Below, one piece after another: positions 9,811 through 19,555 of a stretch of DNA of 51,105 bases. This DNA is from an uncultured Gammaproteobacteria bacterium (GTDB taxonomy: Bacteria; Patescibacteriota; Microgenomatia; Levybacterales; UBA12049), in NCBI GenBank assembly GCA_964549385.1, contig CAZJVI010000002.1, positions 1 through 51,105 of the forward strand, given 5' to 3'. Position 1 is the stretch's first letter. Each line of letters opens with the position of its first letter. Both the position numbers and the translations under genes were made by a program. The notes under the pieces were generated by a model that was not told the origin of the DNA, searched no databases, and saw only the letters and a program-made list of their open reading frames with translations.

Positions 9811-11631
9811 CTACATCTGTTCAGGTGCTTTTATTCCAAGGAGGCCTAAACCATTTTTGAGGATTTCCCCTGTTTTTGCAGTTAAATATAAGCGGAAATT
9901 CTTTATCTCTTCTTCGGATTTGAGAATCGGAAACTTCTGATAAAACAAATTGTATGCTTGGGACACTTCAAAAAGGTAGGTACACAATACATTTGGCGCA
10001 TAGCGTAGTGCCGCGTCTTCAACCACTTCAGGAAATCGTGAAAGCAAACGCAGCACATCCCGCTCTTCAACTTTAAGGGAATGGGGAGCAGGGAATGGAG
10101 AGTAGAGATTATTTTTGTGTTCCCTGTTCCCTAATATCTGTTCCCTAATATCTGTTCCCTTACGCAAAACGCTTTGCGTTCGAGCATAGGCATATTGCAA
10201 ATAGGGTCCAGAGTTGCCATCAAGAGAGACAGAACTCTCAATATCAAATGCCACGTCTTGTGTCGCACCAACTTTAAGAACCGAGTATTTCACAGCGCCA
10301 ATTGCAATTTGTTCAATTGTGCGCTCCCTCTCTTCTGATGAAATTCTCCCTTCCTCTACCACTTGCTCTATCCGCTCTTTTACCTGATCAAGTAACCAAT
10401 CAACAGTTAAGACATCACCTGTTCTTGAGCTCATTTTACGATCTTTTAACTGCACCATTCCCATTGAGAGATGTTCTTGTTTACCGGCAAATCTTTCAGG
10501 ATCGATAAGATCGAGCGCTTTAAAAATAACTTTAAAATAGCCAGCTTGTTCGTTTGCAACGACGTGAATTTTTTTATCAAACTGAAAGGCTTTATACTCC
10601 GTATATGCATTTGCCATTTCCTTACCCTCGTAAGTAGGATATCCTTTTGCAGTAATAAATACTCTCGTATGCAATCCATATTTTTCTCCAGGAAAAATAA
10701 CTGTATCTCCACTCTTTTCAAATACCTTACCGATATTTTCATTTACAATTCTTGGCCCCTCTGCAACCATTTCGCTCTCAAAAAACAGCCTTTTAAATTT
10801 TGTATAAAAACGTTCATAAAATTTATCATAATAATCGAGGCTCCATTGGCGTGTCTCTCTGTAAAGATTCCACACTTTTTCTTGTTCTTCTTTTCTTAAT
10901 GAAGATGTAATTTCTCCACCTGCACATTTTTGGTATAAAAACGCATTTACTTCATCTATCTCTTTTGCCAATTTTTCAGATTCATAAAGCTTTACTCCTT
11001 CTGCATATCCTCTTCCCAAAAAATGGGCCTTATCCTTGTTGTCCCATTTCATTATTTCTTCAAATATTTCATTGAAGCTCTTATTCTTTTCTTTCTCCAT
11101 ATTCCGCATCAACTCCTGAATGCCAAACATAGCTTTTGCCACATGTGGACCAATATCTCCTTGATAATTTGCTCTATAAACATCCGCTCCTACTGCTTCT
11201 AACAACCTTGATAACGATTCTCCTGTAATTAGTGTTCGCATATGGCCAATATGCATCTCTTTATGGGTATTCGGATGGGCAAACTCAACCATTATTTTTT
11301 TGCCACTTATTTCACTCTCATGCTTTTCTAAATGATTTAAACCATCTATTAATGCATCACTTGATACCCAAAAATTAATAAAACCAGGCTTTGCGACATG
11401 GATTTCATTAAATATCCCTATTCCCTGTTCCCTGTTCCCTAATTTCTCAACAATCTCTTCAGCAAGCTCCATCGGGTTCTTCCCTGCTTTTTTCGCAGCG
11501 ACGAGCGCAACATTGGTAGCATAATCTCCATGCGATGCATCCGTTGGATAGTCAACGGAAACATCCTCGAGTGGAATATCCAAATCATTTAGTGTATCTC
11601 TAAGCAAAGTTGTAATTTTCTTTTTCAGCAT
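9811..11631 (-). CDS. argS: Arginyl-tRNA synthetase
   Basis: HIGH motif context HPNTHKEMHIGHMRT, the C-terminal anticodon-binding region, and the typical terminal Met. It contains heptad-repeat segments (see findings). Confidence 0.92.
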   Translation of the reverse strand: MLKKKITTLLRDTLNDLDIPLEDVSVDYPTDASHGDYATNVALVAAKKAGKNPMELAEEIVEKLGNREQGIGIFNEIHVAKPGFINFWVSSDALIDGLNHLEKHESEISGKKIMVEFAHPNTHKEMHIGHMRTLITGESLSRLLEAVGADVYRANYQGDIGPHVAKAMFGIQELMRNMEKEKNKSFNEIFEEIMKWDNKDKAHFLGRGYAEGVKLYESEKLAKEIDEVNAFLYQKCAGGEITSSLRKEEQEKVWNLYRETRQWSLDYYDKFYERFYTKFKRLFFESEMVAEGPRIVNENIGKVFEKSGDTVIFPGEKYGLHTRVFITAKGYPTYEGKEMANAYTEYKAFQFDKKIHVVANEQAGYFKVIFKALDLIDPERFAGKQEHLSMGMVQLKDRKMSSRTGDVLTVDWLLDQVKERIEQVVEEGRISSEERERTIEQIAIGAVKYSVLKVGATQDVAFDIESSVSLDGNSGPYLQYAYARTQSVLRKGTDIREQILGNREHKNNLYSPFPAPHSLKVEERDVLRLLSRFPEVVEDAALRYAPNVLCTYLFEVSQAYNLFYQKFPILKSEEEIKNFRLYLTAKTGEILKNGLGLLGIKAPEQM

Positions 11632-11728
11632 ATGCGTAGTATAGCAAATTGCATGTAATTTTTATAAATACTAAAACATGGTTTACTCCTTGCAATTCCA
11701 GATAAATCCTGATACTTTTATGGTATCT

Positions 11729-12169
11729 ATGAAAATTCTTATCATTGATGATGATCAATTAACTTCCACAACCTGGTCGATGGGTTTGAAAAGCGCAGGG
11801 TTTGATGTCATTAACGCCACCAATGGACAGGATGGTATAAATCAGACAAAATCACAAAAACCTGATCTGGTACTTCTTGATCAAATTATGCCTGATATGC
11901 TCGGCAATGAGGTACTGACAACACTCAAACAAGACCCTGAAGTAAACAAAATCCCTATCATCTTGATCTCCAACTACAATGAAAGTCAGATGATGAAAGA
12001 TGCTATCGCGCAAGGCGCTGTTGATTATATCCTCAAATATCAAATTGAAACCAAAGATCTCGTCGATAAAGTGAAAAGCCTTCTTGGCGAATTGAACAAA
12101 ACAGATGCCGGTACAACACCAGCGCCTACAAATACGCCCGGTGAGAACAATCCTACCGGCTCCGCATAA
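11729..12169 (+). CDS. Response regulator, receiver domain only (CheY-like) with a Pro/Thr-rich tail
   Basis: MKILIIDDDQ..., KPDLVLLDQIMPDMLG and IPIILISN. The start was chosen at the MKILIID Met. Confidence 0.8.
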   Translation: MKILIIDDDQLTSTTWSMGLKSAGFDVINATNGQDGINQTKSQKPDLVLLDQIMPDMLGNEVLTTLKQDPEVNKIPIILISNYNESQMMKDAIAQGAVDYILKYQIETKDLVDKVKSLLGELNKTDAGTTPAPTNTPGENNPTGSA

Positions 12170-12174
12170 AAGCC

Positions 12175-12501
12175 ATGGATACTGCCCAGCTCTATCAAAA
12201 ACTTCTTAACGATGCAATTCGTAAACAAGTCATTATTCTTGGACGTCATATTGTGCTGATGAAAGTACGAAATATTTCAGGGGTAACAGTCAGTGATGAT
12301 GGTACTATCCTCGGAATGTCCGGTAAACCCGAAGATATTGTAACTCGTTTTGTTGAAGAGTTTCGAGAACTTTCCTCTCCCCTCGTAAAGAAAACAATGC
12401 AACCGCTATTGAGTGCATTAACTCCAGTAACACAACCGCAACCCATTCCAGAAGTTAAACAAGAACAAAACAACAAACAGGAACTAGTCCCTAGTCCCTA
12501 A
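12175..12501 (+). CDS. Hypothetical small protein between the response regulator and the histidine kinase
   Basis: The ORF is tightly packed between two-component genes and I recognised no motif. The 3' end runs into the heptads tagtccc tagtccc taattcc. Confidence 0.45.
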   Translation: MDTAQLYQKLLNDAIRKQVIILGRHIVLMKVRNISGVTVSDDGTILGMSGKPEDIVTRFVEEFRELSSPLVKKTMQPLLSALTPVTQPQPIPEVKQEQNNKQELVPSP

Positions 12502-12511
12502 TTCCAAATTT

Positions 12512-14236
12512 ATGTTAATTCTTATTTCAGCCATTGCTATTGTAGTAACAATCATTTTTGGCGTTATTGCCATTGTGTATTCTCTGCGCGAAGAAAAAGC
12601 AATTAAGAAACTCGTTGATAATGAACTTCAACAAAAACAAAGACTTTTTGAAATAACCATGATGAAAGAAATCCAGGATAGAATTGGTTATTCTCTCGAA
12701 ATTGGAAAAGTCGTTGATGTAATTATTGAAAGTCTTGATGCGTTAGTAAGCTACACAACAGTTTCATCCTTGGTACTACAGGATAATTTATTGCACTTCA
12801 CAATACACGTAAAAGAAGCAGTCAGCAAACAATATATTGAAACAATCAAGGAATCAATGTTTCAATCTTATACTGCGATGGAAGCAAACGCGATGAAGCT
12901 ACCTGAGGAGGAAAATATCATGGGAGCTGCGCTTGATGATCTCAATCACGCAACACCTTCATCTTTTTTTCATGTGCCGATTATTGTTAATAATCGAGTT
13001 GTGAGTATCCTAACTATTGCATCCACCAAACAAAATAATTTTACTGAAGCTGAAATGACAACGCTGTATAAAATTGCTGCGCAGGCATCAGAAGCACTTT
13101 CCCGACTCGAAAATATCCTTACCATAGAAGAAGGTAAACTGACTGCAATGATCAGTAGTCTTGCTGATGGACTTTTCATGGTCGATGTCAATGGCCAGCT
13201 GACTGTTATCAACGATGCAGCAAAAGATTTCTTAGGAATTCCGAAAGACAATCCTTCAACAATTGATCTTCTTAGCGCTTTGCCCAACAGTTATGATTTC
13301 TCAAATAAAATTGAACGTGCAATCAATCACAAACGAATCATAGAAGAAAAAGAAGTAACGTTTGGTGAGAAAGTTTTCCAAATTTTTATCACCCCTGTCT
13401 TTGATGTCAGTATAACAACGGAGAAAAAAGTTATCGGTGTATCAGTACTGCTGCACGACATCACCCTTGAGAAATCTATTGCAAAGATGAAAGAAGATTT
13501 TACCAATGTTATGGTACACGAACTACGAAGTCCATTGACTGCTATAAAGGCTAGTTCTGAACTTGTTATCAATCCTCCCGGCCCCCTGACTGAAGAAGAA
13601 AAGAATAAAATTCTTACCTTGATTGCCGGACAAGCGAGAAAGATGCTGGATGAAGTTGCACTGATTCTTGATGCAGCAAAATTGGAAGCAGGCCTCTTCA
13701 CCATTCAAAAAATACAAGGAGATCTCAAACAGCTTATTTCAGAACGTGTTCAAATTTTTCAAGCAACAGCTCATGAAAAATTTATCAATCTCATCGTTGA
13801 TGTGGATCCGTCAATCCCGGCTTTCAATTTCGATCCAATTCATATTGGACAAGTGGTCAACAATCTTCTTTCAAATAGTTTGAAATTTACTTCCTCCGGC
13901 GGCACGATAAAAATCAGCGCCAGACCAGCAATCGGAAGCGTAATGGTTTCGGTTTCGGATACTGGTGCTGGGATACCGAAAGAGAAACAGCACTTACTCT
14001 TCACTAAATTCACGCAGCTGAGTGGTGCGGACCATGGTAGTGTTGGAACAGGACTGGGTCTTTATATCGTCAAAGGCGTTGTTGAAGCACACGGTGGGAC
14101 AATAAATCTCGAATCAGAAGAAGGACGTGGAACAACAATTTCCTTCACATTGCCAATTGATAATGCAGCTGCAAAAGCACAAACCATGCAACATCCCGCG
14201 CTCATCTCTTCAGCAAAACCACGGCTGGTAAACTAA
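12512..14236 (+). CDS. Sensor histidine kinase (TM, sensory/PAS-like region, HisKA, HATPase_c)
   Basis: H-box MVHELRSPLTAIKAS, N-box NNLLSNSLKFT, and G-boxes DTGAGIP and GTGLGLYIVKGVVEAHGG. Confidence 0.9.
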   Translation: MLILISAIAIVVTIIFGVIAIVYSLREEKAIKKLVDNELQQKQRLFEITMMKEIQDRIGYSLEIGKVVDVIIESLDALVSYTTVSSLVLQDNLLHFTIHVKEAVSKQYIETIKESMFQSYTAMEANAMKLPEEENIMGAALDDLNHATPSSFFHVPIIVNNRVVSILTIASTKQNNFTEAEMTTLYKIAAQASEALSRLENILTIEEGKLTAMISSLADGLFMVDVNGQLTVINDAAKDFLGIPKDNPSTIDLLSALPNSYDFSNKIERAINHKRIIEEKEVTFGEKVFQIFITPVFDVSITTEKKVIGVSVLLHDITLEKSIAKMKEDFTNVMVHELRSPLTAIKASSELVINPPGPLTEEEKNKILTLIAGQARKMLDEVALILDAAKLEAGLFTIQKIQGDLKQLISERVQIFQATAHEKFINLIVDVDPSIPAFNFDPIHIGQVVNNLLSNSLKFTSSGGTIKISARPAIGSVMVSVSDTGAGIPKEKQHLLFTKFTQLSGADHGSVGTGLGLYIVKGVVEAHGGTINLESEEGRGTTISFTLPIDNAAAKAQTMQHPALISSAKPRLVN

Positions 14237-14281
14237 TTATTTTTCAACTGGATCTGCCAGTTTCCAAAGTTCTTCAAAAAT
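14226..14281. repeat. Direct repeat copy 1, a relic of the 3' end of a trmB-like gene
   Basis: tttttcaactggatctgccagtttccaaagttcttcaaaaat matches 15293-15334 with 4 mismatches in 42 nt. Read on the minus strand it still encodes IFEELWKLADPVEK followed by a stop. Confidence 0.75.
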
Positions 14282-14335
14282 TTACATTGCAATATTTAGA
14301 CTTGATTAAGTCATTAGATCATGTAAAATAACACT

Positions 14336-15238
14336 ATGAAAAAAATTACATCCCAAAATCTAGCAAAAAGTATTAAAAACATATTTCTTAATCAAGAGAA
14401 ATTTATTTTTGACAAGTACGTTCCAGAATTCACCTGGGAAGGAAAATTTTTTGGATATTACTATAACAGTATTATGATTGAACCACTCGGAGATAAGCCT
14501 CCGATTTTTTATCATAGCTTGAGCCCATTTGATATTGTCTCCCATAAAGCACCTGATCAAGCTGTTGTGTTTCAGGACGGAAAAGTGCTTCTCAATATAG
14601 ATTTTGCCAACTATGTTAATCAAAGAACAGGTATTATGGATGCATTGCTTCTACAAACTCTTGGAATTAAAACACTTACTAAGAAAAACATTTTATTTAT
14701 TGGCACAGGTAAAGTTGCGACATGCTCACTTACTTCATTAAAGGCTCTCTATCCTGATATGGAACTTGCTTATTTTCTCAATTCGCGAGGACATGCAGAA
14801 GAATTTGTTACCGTCGGTAAAGAAGTCGGTGTAGAAATAAAAGAAGGAAATCTTTCAGATATCAATGTCTATGACTTCATTTTTTGCCATGCTGATCCAA
14901 AGGAAATTATTCTTACAACTGATATGAAAAAGCAGATCAAAAAAGGTGCAGTCATCACATCATTTATTACAACAGCAGGTCAAGCAGAAGTTGCCGATGA
15001 TTATTTTGATACCGAAAATGCAAACGTCATAATCGACTGGGATAAAACATTAGAGACCGGAGCAGATATAAAAAGACTTGTTGAAAAAGGTATTCTACCT
15101 GCAGACAAAATGATCCGACTGAAGGATCTTTTTGCTGAAAAAACAAAGCTCAATTCTAATGCGCACTACACACTATATCGAAGCCACGGCACTCCAATGC
15201 AAAATCTTGCTATGCTTAAATTACTACTAGAAAAATAA
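14336..15238 (+). CDS. Ornithine cyclodeaminase / mu-crystallin family-like NAD(P)-binding protein
   Basis: Rossmann motif ILFIGTGKVATCS preceded by QRTGIMDALLLQTLG and a C-terminal YRSHGTPMQNLAMLKLL. Together these resemble the OCD family. Confidence 0.45.
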   Translation: MKKITSQNLAKSIKNIFLNQEKFIFDKYVPEFTWEGKFFGYYYNSIMIEPLGDKPPIFYHSLSPFDIVSHKAPDQAVVFQDGKVLLNIDFANYVNQRTGIMDALLLQTLGIKTLTKKNILFIGTGKVATCSLTSLKALYPDMELAYFLNSRGHAEEFVTVGKEVGVEIKEGNLSDINVYDFIFCHADPKEIILTTDMKKQIKKGAVITSFITTAGQAEVADDYFDTENANVIIDWDKTLETGADIKRLVEKGILPADKMIRLKDLFAEKTKLNSNAHYTLYRSHGTPMQNLAMLKLLLEK

Positions 15239-15267
15239 TGTTAAACAAATTTTTTGGTTAACGAGTG

Positions 15268-15334
15268 TGGTAAATTACCTATTTTCTAAATATTTTTCAA
15301 CCGGAGCTGACAGTTTCCACAGTTCTTCAAAAAT
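15268..15334. repeat. Direct repeat copy 2, overlapping the 3' end of the TrmB-family gene
   Basis: See copy 1. The two copies flank the 14336-15238 gene. Confidence 0.75.
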
Positions 15335-16108
15335 GCTTTTTTGCGTCTTTACTAATTCCGCATTTTCAATTTCGACTCCTACTATTTCGCCTTGTTGCCA
15401 ATAACAAACTGCAAAAACGTTGTTATAGATTGTTGTATCACCTGAGATATGAAGACGACTATTTGGCAAAATGCGGGTTATTTGATACTTGTCTCTACTT
15501 GCTTTTAATTTGTCATCAATTAAGTGAATCAGCATATGTTCTTCAGGATTGGTAATAACACGATCCTTGAGTTTGCGTTTTGCTATTTCTTCACTTTGCC
15601 ATCTTGCAAACTTTTCTCCAACTACGTCAACCCGACCAAATTGCGAATAACCAACGAGTTCTTTGTCTGCTGAAAGTGTGTTCCACATCATCTGCTGAAA
15701 ACCTTGTTTGCCGTGATAATATCTTACCTCGGTATTTGCTACAGGAAGAGATTGTTGTCGAAGTCTTTCTTCCAAATTTACCAAATTTGCCTGTAATCTA
15801 TCAACTTGTGACCTTTTTTTATCAATAAGATCTTGCAGAATCTTCAATGGATATGCTTGAAGTTGTTGACTTTTGTACCTAACGATTTTCTGCACCAATC
15901 CCTTTTCTGAAAGCTTCAGACTCGTATCATAGACCGACGTACGAGGGATATTGAGTTCTTTCGCAATCTCCAAAATTGATTTCGGCTGTTTATTAAGTAG
16001 ATGTAAATAAATTCTCGCTTCTAAACGATTAAGACCAAATTCTTCAAGCGCACTGAGCAGCTGATCATCCTGCATAATTACTGATGTGTCGGACATATCC
16101 GACGACAA
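15275..16108 (-). CDS. TrmB family transcriptional regulator
   Basis: N-terminal winged HTH LEEFGLNRLEARIYLHLLNKQPKSILEIAKELNIPRTSVYDTSLKLSEKGLV. Confidence 0.8.
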   Translation of the reverse strand: MSSDMSDTSVIMQDDQLLSALEEFGLNRLEARIYLHLLNKQPKSILEIAKELNIPRTSVYDTSLKLSEKGLVQKIVRYKSQQLQAYPLKILQDLIDKKRSQVDRLQANLVNLEERLRQQSLPVANTEVRYYHGKQGFQQMMWNTLSADKELVGYSQFGRVDVVGEKFARWQSEEIAKRKLKDRVITNPEEHMLIHLIDDKLKASRDKYQITRILPNSRLHISGDTTIYNNVFAVCYWQQGEIVGVEIENAELVKTQKSIFEELWKLSAPVEKYLENR

Positions 16109-16160
16109 GTATACAAAACATTGTTTTCAAGGTAAAGTATTTAATTATTATAGGTTATCT

Positions 16161-17054
16161 ATGCAAAAACCAAATTCTAATCAAAAAGGCGTTCTATTGC
16201 TCGTTTTATCGGCGTTTCTTTACAGCATCATGCCTGTATTGATACGACTACTTGGGAACAATGGGATACCTCCATTATCACAAGTTTCCTTAAGGTATGT
16301 TGTGGCGTTTGTTTGCGCATTGCTTTATTACAAATTCGTTGCCAAAGCGAAAATTGTTCTACCAAAAAAACATATACCAATTCTTCTTTCCGCAGGAATT
16401 GTTGGGTATGGATTGACCAATGTTTTTTATACGATTGCCATCCTTAATACATTAGTGAGTACAACGCTATTTCTTTTTTATATCTACGCCGTTGTTGCGC
16501 CAGTTCTCGGATTTATTTTGCTCAAAGATAAAATGAATAAATTCAATATCATTTCATTAATCCTAAGTTTTATTGCCCTTCTGCTACTCTTTCAACCCAC
16601 GGCATTTATAACATGGCAACTTGGTGGAGTATTTGCTTTTCTTTCTGCATTGACACAAGCTGGATACTTAATTGCACGAAAAAAATTACCAGAGTATCGT
16701 GCAAGCTATATGATGCTTGCAAATACACTCTTGGGTACTATTGTTGTTGGAGCAATAGGACTTTTCGTGGATCGTTCATTTTACTTTCACAATGGCATAA
16801 CTACTGTCTCGGCAACGACATGGATTGTTACAATCCTTTTTGGCATTGATAATTTTGCCGCTTGGATTGCAATGACCAAAGGCTTTGAATATTTCCACAC
16901 TACATCGGCAAGTATTATTCTTTTGTCAGAACTTGTCTTTGGTGTGTTCTTTGCCTTTCTCTTTTTCAATGAGATTCCGACAATTGCAACATTCATTGGC
17001 GGGATTTTCATCCTCACCGCATCAATTCTCGTCATCCTCAAAGGAGAAAGCTAA
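16161..17054 (+). CDS. EamA/DMT superfamily transporter
   Basis: About 10 predicted TM helices in two similar halves. The start was chosen at MQKPNSNQKG. Confidence 0.6.
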   Translation: MQKPNSNQKGVLLLVLSAFLYSIMPVLIRLLGNNGIPPLSQVSLRYVVAFVCALLYYKFVAKAKIVLPKKHIPILLSAGIVGYGLTNVFYTIAILNTLVSTTLFLFYIYAVVAPVLGFILLKDKMNKFNIISLILSFIALLLLFQPTAFITWQLGGVFAFLSALTQAGYLIARKKLPEYRASYMMLANTLLGTIVVGAIGLFVDRSFYFHNGITTVSATTWIVTILFGIDNFAAWIAMTKGFEYFHTTSASIILLSELVFGVFFAFLFFNEIPTIATFIGGIFILTASILVILKGES

Positions 17055-17066
17055 AACAAAGAATTT

Positions 17067-17345
17067 TTATGCTGCCAAAACGAGATCTTCCGGCTTAGTA
17101 TCAACTGTATCGCCAACAGCTTCTTCTAATCTAGCTTTTGCCTCTTCTTCATCTCCTGAATCAAGATCTGTTTCCACATCTCGTGTTAATTTATCTAATC
17201 TTTCTTTATCCTCAGGTGAATCTGCAACAAGTTGATCTGCACGGTTTTTTGCCTCTCTGAATGCTGCTAATTGCCTCTCTCTCTTCTGATCACGTTCCGA
17301 AACCTGTGTCTCTTGTCCTTCAACTTGATATGTTTCTTCTGTCAT
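17067..17345 (-). CDS. Hypothetical small acidic protein
   Basis: ORF with the likely start MTEETYQVEG. It is highly charged and I recognised no motif. Confidence 0.4.
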   Translation of the reverse strand: MTEETYQVEGQETQVSERDQKRERQLAAFREAKNRADQLVADSPEDKERLDKLTRDVETDLDSGDEEEAKARLEEAVGDTVDTKPEDLVLAA

Positions 17346-17438
17346 ATTCTCACCCCCTTTCAATAAGGATAGAGGCAGTATAGAGATAAACATACAACCA
17401 GACTTGATATCTACCTTATAAAAACTTAACACAATATT

Positions 17439-18710
17439 TTATAAATTCGCGCTCTGTATATTTCTTTTTATTATTCTCTTCTGAAAGAAAACCCATCCTC
17501 CAAGCAAACAATAATATCCGATCCAAATCTCAGGTGGAACATTATTTACCTGCAGCACCCAATCGCTTTGGCCAAAATATGAAACGACCGTTTGAAAATA
17601 CACAAGAGACGGCAGCATCGGATAAAGAAAAAGCTCTCCGATAAACGGAAAAACTAAACCGATAATTGCCGCGAGACTTCCGAAAATCATTAGAAGTGGT
17701 ATTGTCCAAAGAACTAACGCATTAACGAGAACTGAAAGCAAACCAATTTGTCCAAAAACGCCAAGGAGTATCGGCAACGTCCCGAGTTGCGCCGCAAAAG
17801 TTGTGGTTATTGTTTCTCCTCCTAATTCCCCTACTTTCCCTAATCGCTCTAACGGCTTATCCAACAACGGCTTGAGAAAAATAATTCCTAATGTCGCCAT
17901 GAAAGACAACTGAAAACCAACATCAAACAAAAAACTCGGCTGATACAACAGCAACAAATATCCGCTGACAAAAACTGCAAACGCTGCAACATTTTGCCTT
18001 CCCAATAAACTTGCACCAAATGCCAAAAGTCCCATGATGCTGGCACGAAGAATTGAAGCTTGAAACCCAACAAGAAATACATAAAAAATAATCCCAAAAC
18101 TTCCGATGATGATTGCAGTCTGGCGACGAAAAAATAATCCAAGTGTATACAACAGTGCCGCAGAGACAAAGGTCACATTCATCCCCGACGCGGCAATCAC
18201 ATGCAGGACGCCAACAGACTGCAAATCACTCCAGAAATTGTTCGGGAACTGCTCTTTCGCGCCAAAAACAATCCCCATCAAAAGATTCGCGGGAATCTGA
18301 GGCAGTGCATTATTGTAAAGGGTTTCTGTATGGAAACGTATATTATTGGCCAGCGCAGAAACGACATTGTCTGACTGTCTTTTCAGAACTATCTGAGGAT
18401 GATACAACCGCAAAATCATCGTCCCATCAGGAAATGTATATGACTGCAGTTGCCCATTGATTACTAAAACTTGTCCGTAATGATATGTGGGTGTTATATC
18501 TGTTGTTACGGAAATTAGCTGATTGGTCAGCGTCCGTATCGTAAACTTCTGCCCCCCACTCCCCATCGTTGGTTCCGCCTGAAGAGTAGTTATCAACGAA
18601 ATATGCTGCCCATCATGATAAGAAGGATTGGCATGATAGAACTGATAAAAACGAAAAATTAATAACGATAAAAAGAATATACAAATAGCAGTAATTTTTG
18701 CTTTGCTCAT
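17439..18710 (-). CDS. comEC: ComEC/Rec2 family DNA internalization channel (competence domain, no beta-lactamase domain)
   Basis: Polytopic membrane protein with GVLHVIAASGMNVTFV, matching the ComEC signature region. It lies downstream of comEA. Confidence 0.75.
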   Translation of the reverse strand: MSKAKITAICIFFLSLLIFRFYQFYHANPSYHDGQHISLITTLQAEPTMGSGGQKFTIRTLTNQLISVTTDITPTYHYGQVLVINGQLQSYTFPDGTMILRLYHPQIVLKRQSDNVVSALANNIRFHTETLYNNALPQIPANLLMGIVFGAKEQFPNNFWSDLQSVGVLHVIAASGMNVTFVSAALLYTLGLFFRRQTAIIIGSFGIIFYVFLVGFQASILRASIMGLLAFGASLLGRQNVAAFAVFVSGYLLLLYQPSFLFDVGFQLSFMATLGIIFLKPLLDKPLERLGKVGELGGETITTTFAAQLGTLPILLGVFGQIGLLSVLVNALVLWTIPLLMIFGSLAAIIGLVFPFIGELFLYPMLPSLVYFQTVVSYFGQSDWVLQVNNVPPEIWIGYYCLLGGWVFFQKRIIKRNIQSANL

Positions 18711-18721
18711 TTCGCTTTTGA

Positions 18722-18840
18722 GGGGTGGCACGGGCGAAGGGTTCCCGACAGCGCGCAGTTCGTTGAAGCAAACCTAAATTAAAACTTATAATGGCTTCAC
18801 TAGAACGAGCACTGACGGGAAGAGCCCGTGACAGGACCCC
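18722..18840. other. GC-rich imperfect long hairpin (candidate structured RNA) between comEA and comEC
   Basis: Nested pairings: ggggt/acccc, cacgggc/gcccgtg, ttcccg/cgggaa, cagt..tcgtt/aacga..actg and gaagc/gcttc, around a 24-nt AT-rich apex. Its composition stands out from the AT-rich flanks. Confidence 0.4.
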
Positions 18841-18847
18841 GACACTA

Positions 18848-19471
18848 TTAGTAAACGCTCACTTCATCTTTAATCTTTGTAAACTCACTCTGCCCTACCA
18901 CTTTTTTTTCCAACAAATCTTGAGCACTTTGGTAGGGTCTATTTGAAATAATTTTCTGTGCCGTCACCGGTCCAATCCCTGGTAACGCATCGAGTTCTTC
19001 TGCGCTTGCTTGATTGATATTAACTGTTGAAGATCCAGCAACAGTTCCAGATAAATTACTAGATGCATCGCCTGAGGTCTTCATTTGCTCTCCAACAGCC
19101 GGAATATATAATTTTGCTCCATCCGTCAATGGAGATGCCAAATTAAGATTTTGCGCCACTTGTTGACGATCAGCATTCTGAGATAATCCTCCCGCTGCCG
19201 CAAGCGCATCTTGGATTCGGCTGTCTACAGATATTTTATAAACACCTGGCTTTTGCACTGCTCCCTCAATATCAATCGTTATTTGTTTTGGCGTTGGCGA
19301 AACATTTACTGCTGATGCCGGCTGTATTGAAGGAAATTGCGGGTCATTTTTTTGTTGAGGATAAGATAGGTTGATCACGCCATATCCTATGCAAATAAGG
19401 CCAATTACGGCACACAGCAACGCAATCACATGTTCTCTGATAAACGGAAATATCTGCTCCTCCCAGTCCAT
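18848..19471 (-). CDS. comEA: ComEA family DNA-binding competence protein (TM, SLBB-like domain, helix-hairpin-helix)
   Basis: C-terminal INQASAEELDALPGIGPVTAQKIISNRPY HhH motif and an N-terminal TM anchor. Confidence 0.8.
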   Translation of the reverse strand: MDWEEQIFPFIREHVIALLCAVIGLICIGYGVINLSYPQQKNDPQFPSIQPASAVNVSPTPKQITIDIEGAVQKPGVYKISVDSRIQDALAAAGGLSQNADRQQVAQNLNLASPLTDGAKLYIPAVGEQMKTSGDASSNLSGTVAGSSTVNINQASAEELDALPGIGPVTAQKIISNRPYQSAQDLLEKKVVGQSEFTKIKDEVSVY

Positions 19472-19555
19472 AGCTCAACTATAAAATGTTTAAGCTCATC
19501 TGTAAAGAGGCAATAAAAATTGTTTTCCCTCTGTTTTTATGCTATCTTCCCCTCT

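Noticed and set aside
18722-18840. The GC-rich hairpin as SRP (4.5S) RNA
   Set aside because: The apex is a 24-nt AT-rich loop. It lacks the conserved domain IV features, namely a GGAA/GNRA tetraloop with flanking AGCA / GGAAGCAGC-type motifs.
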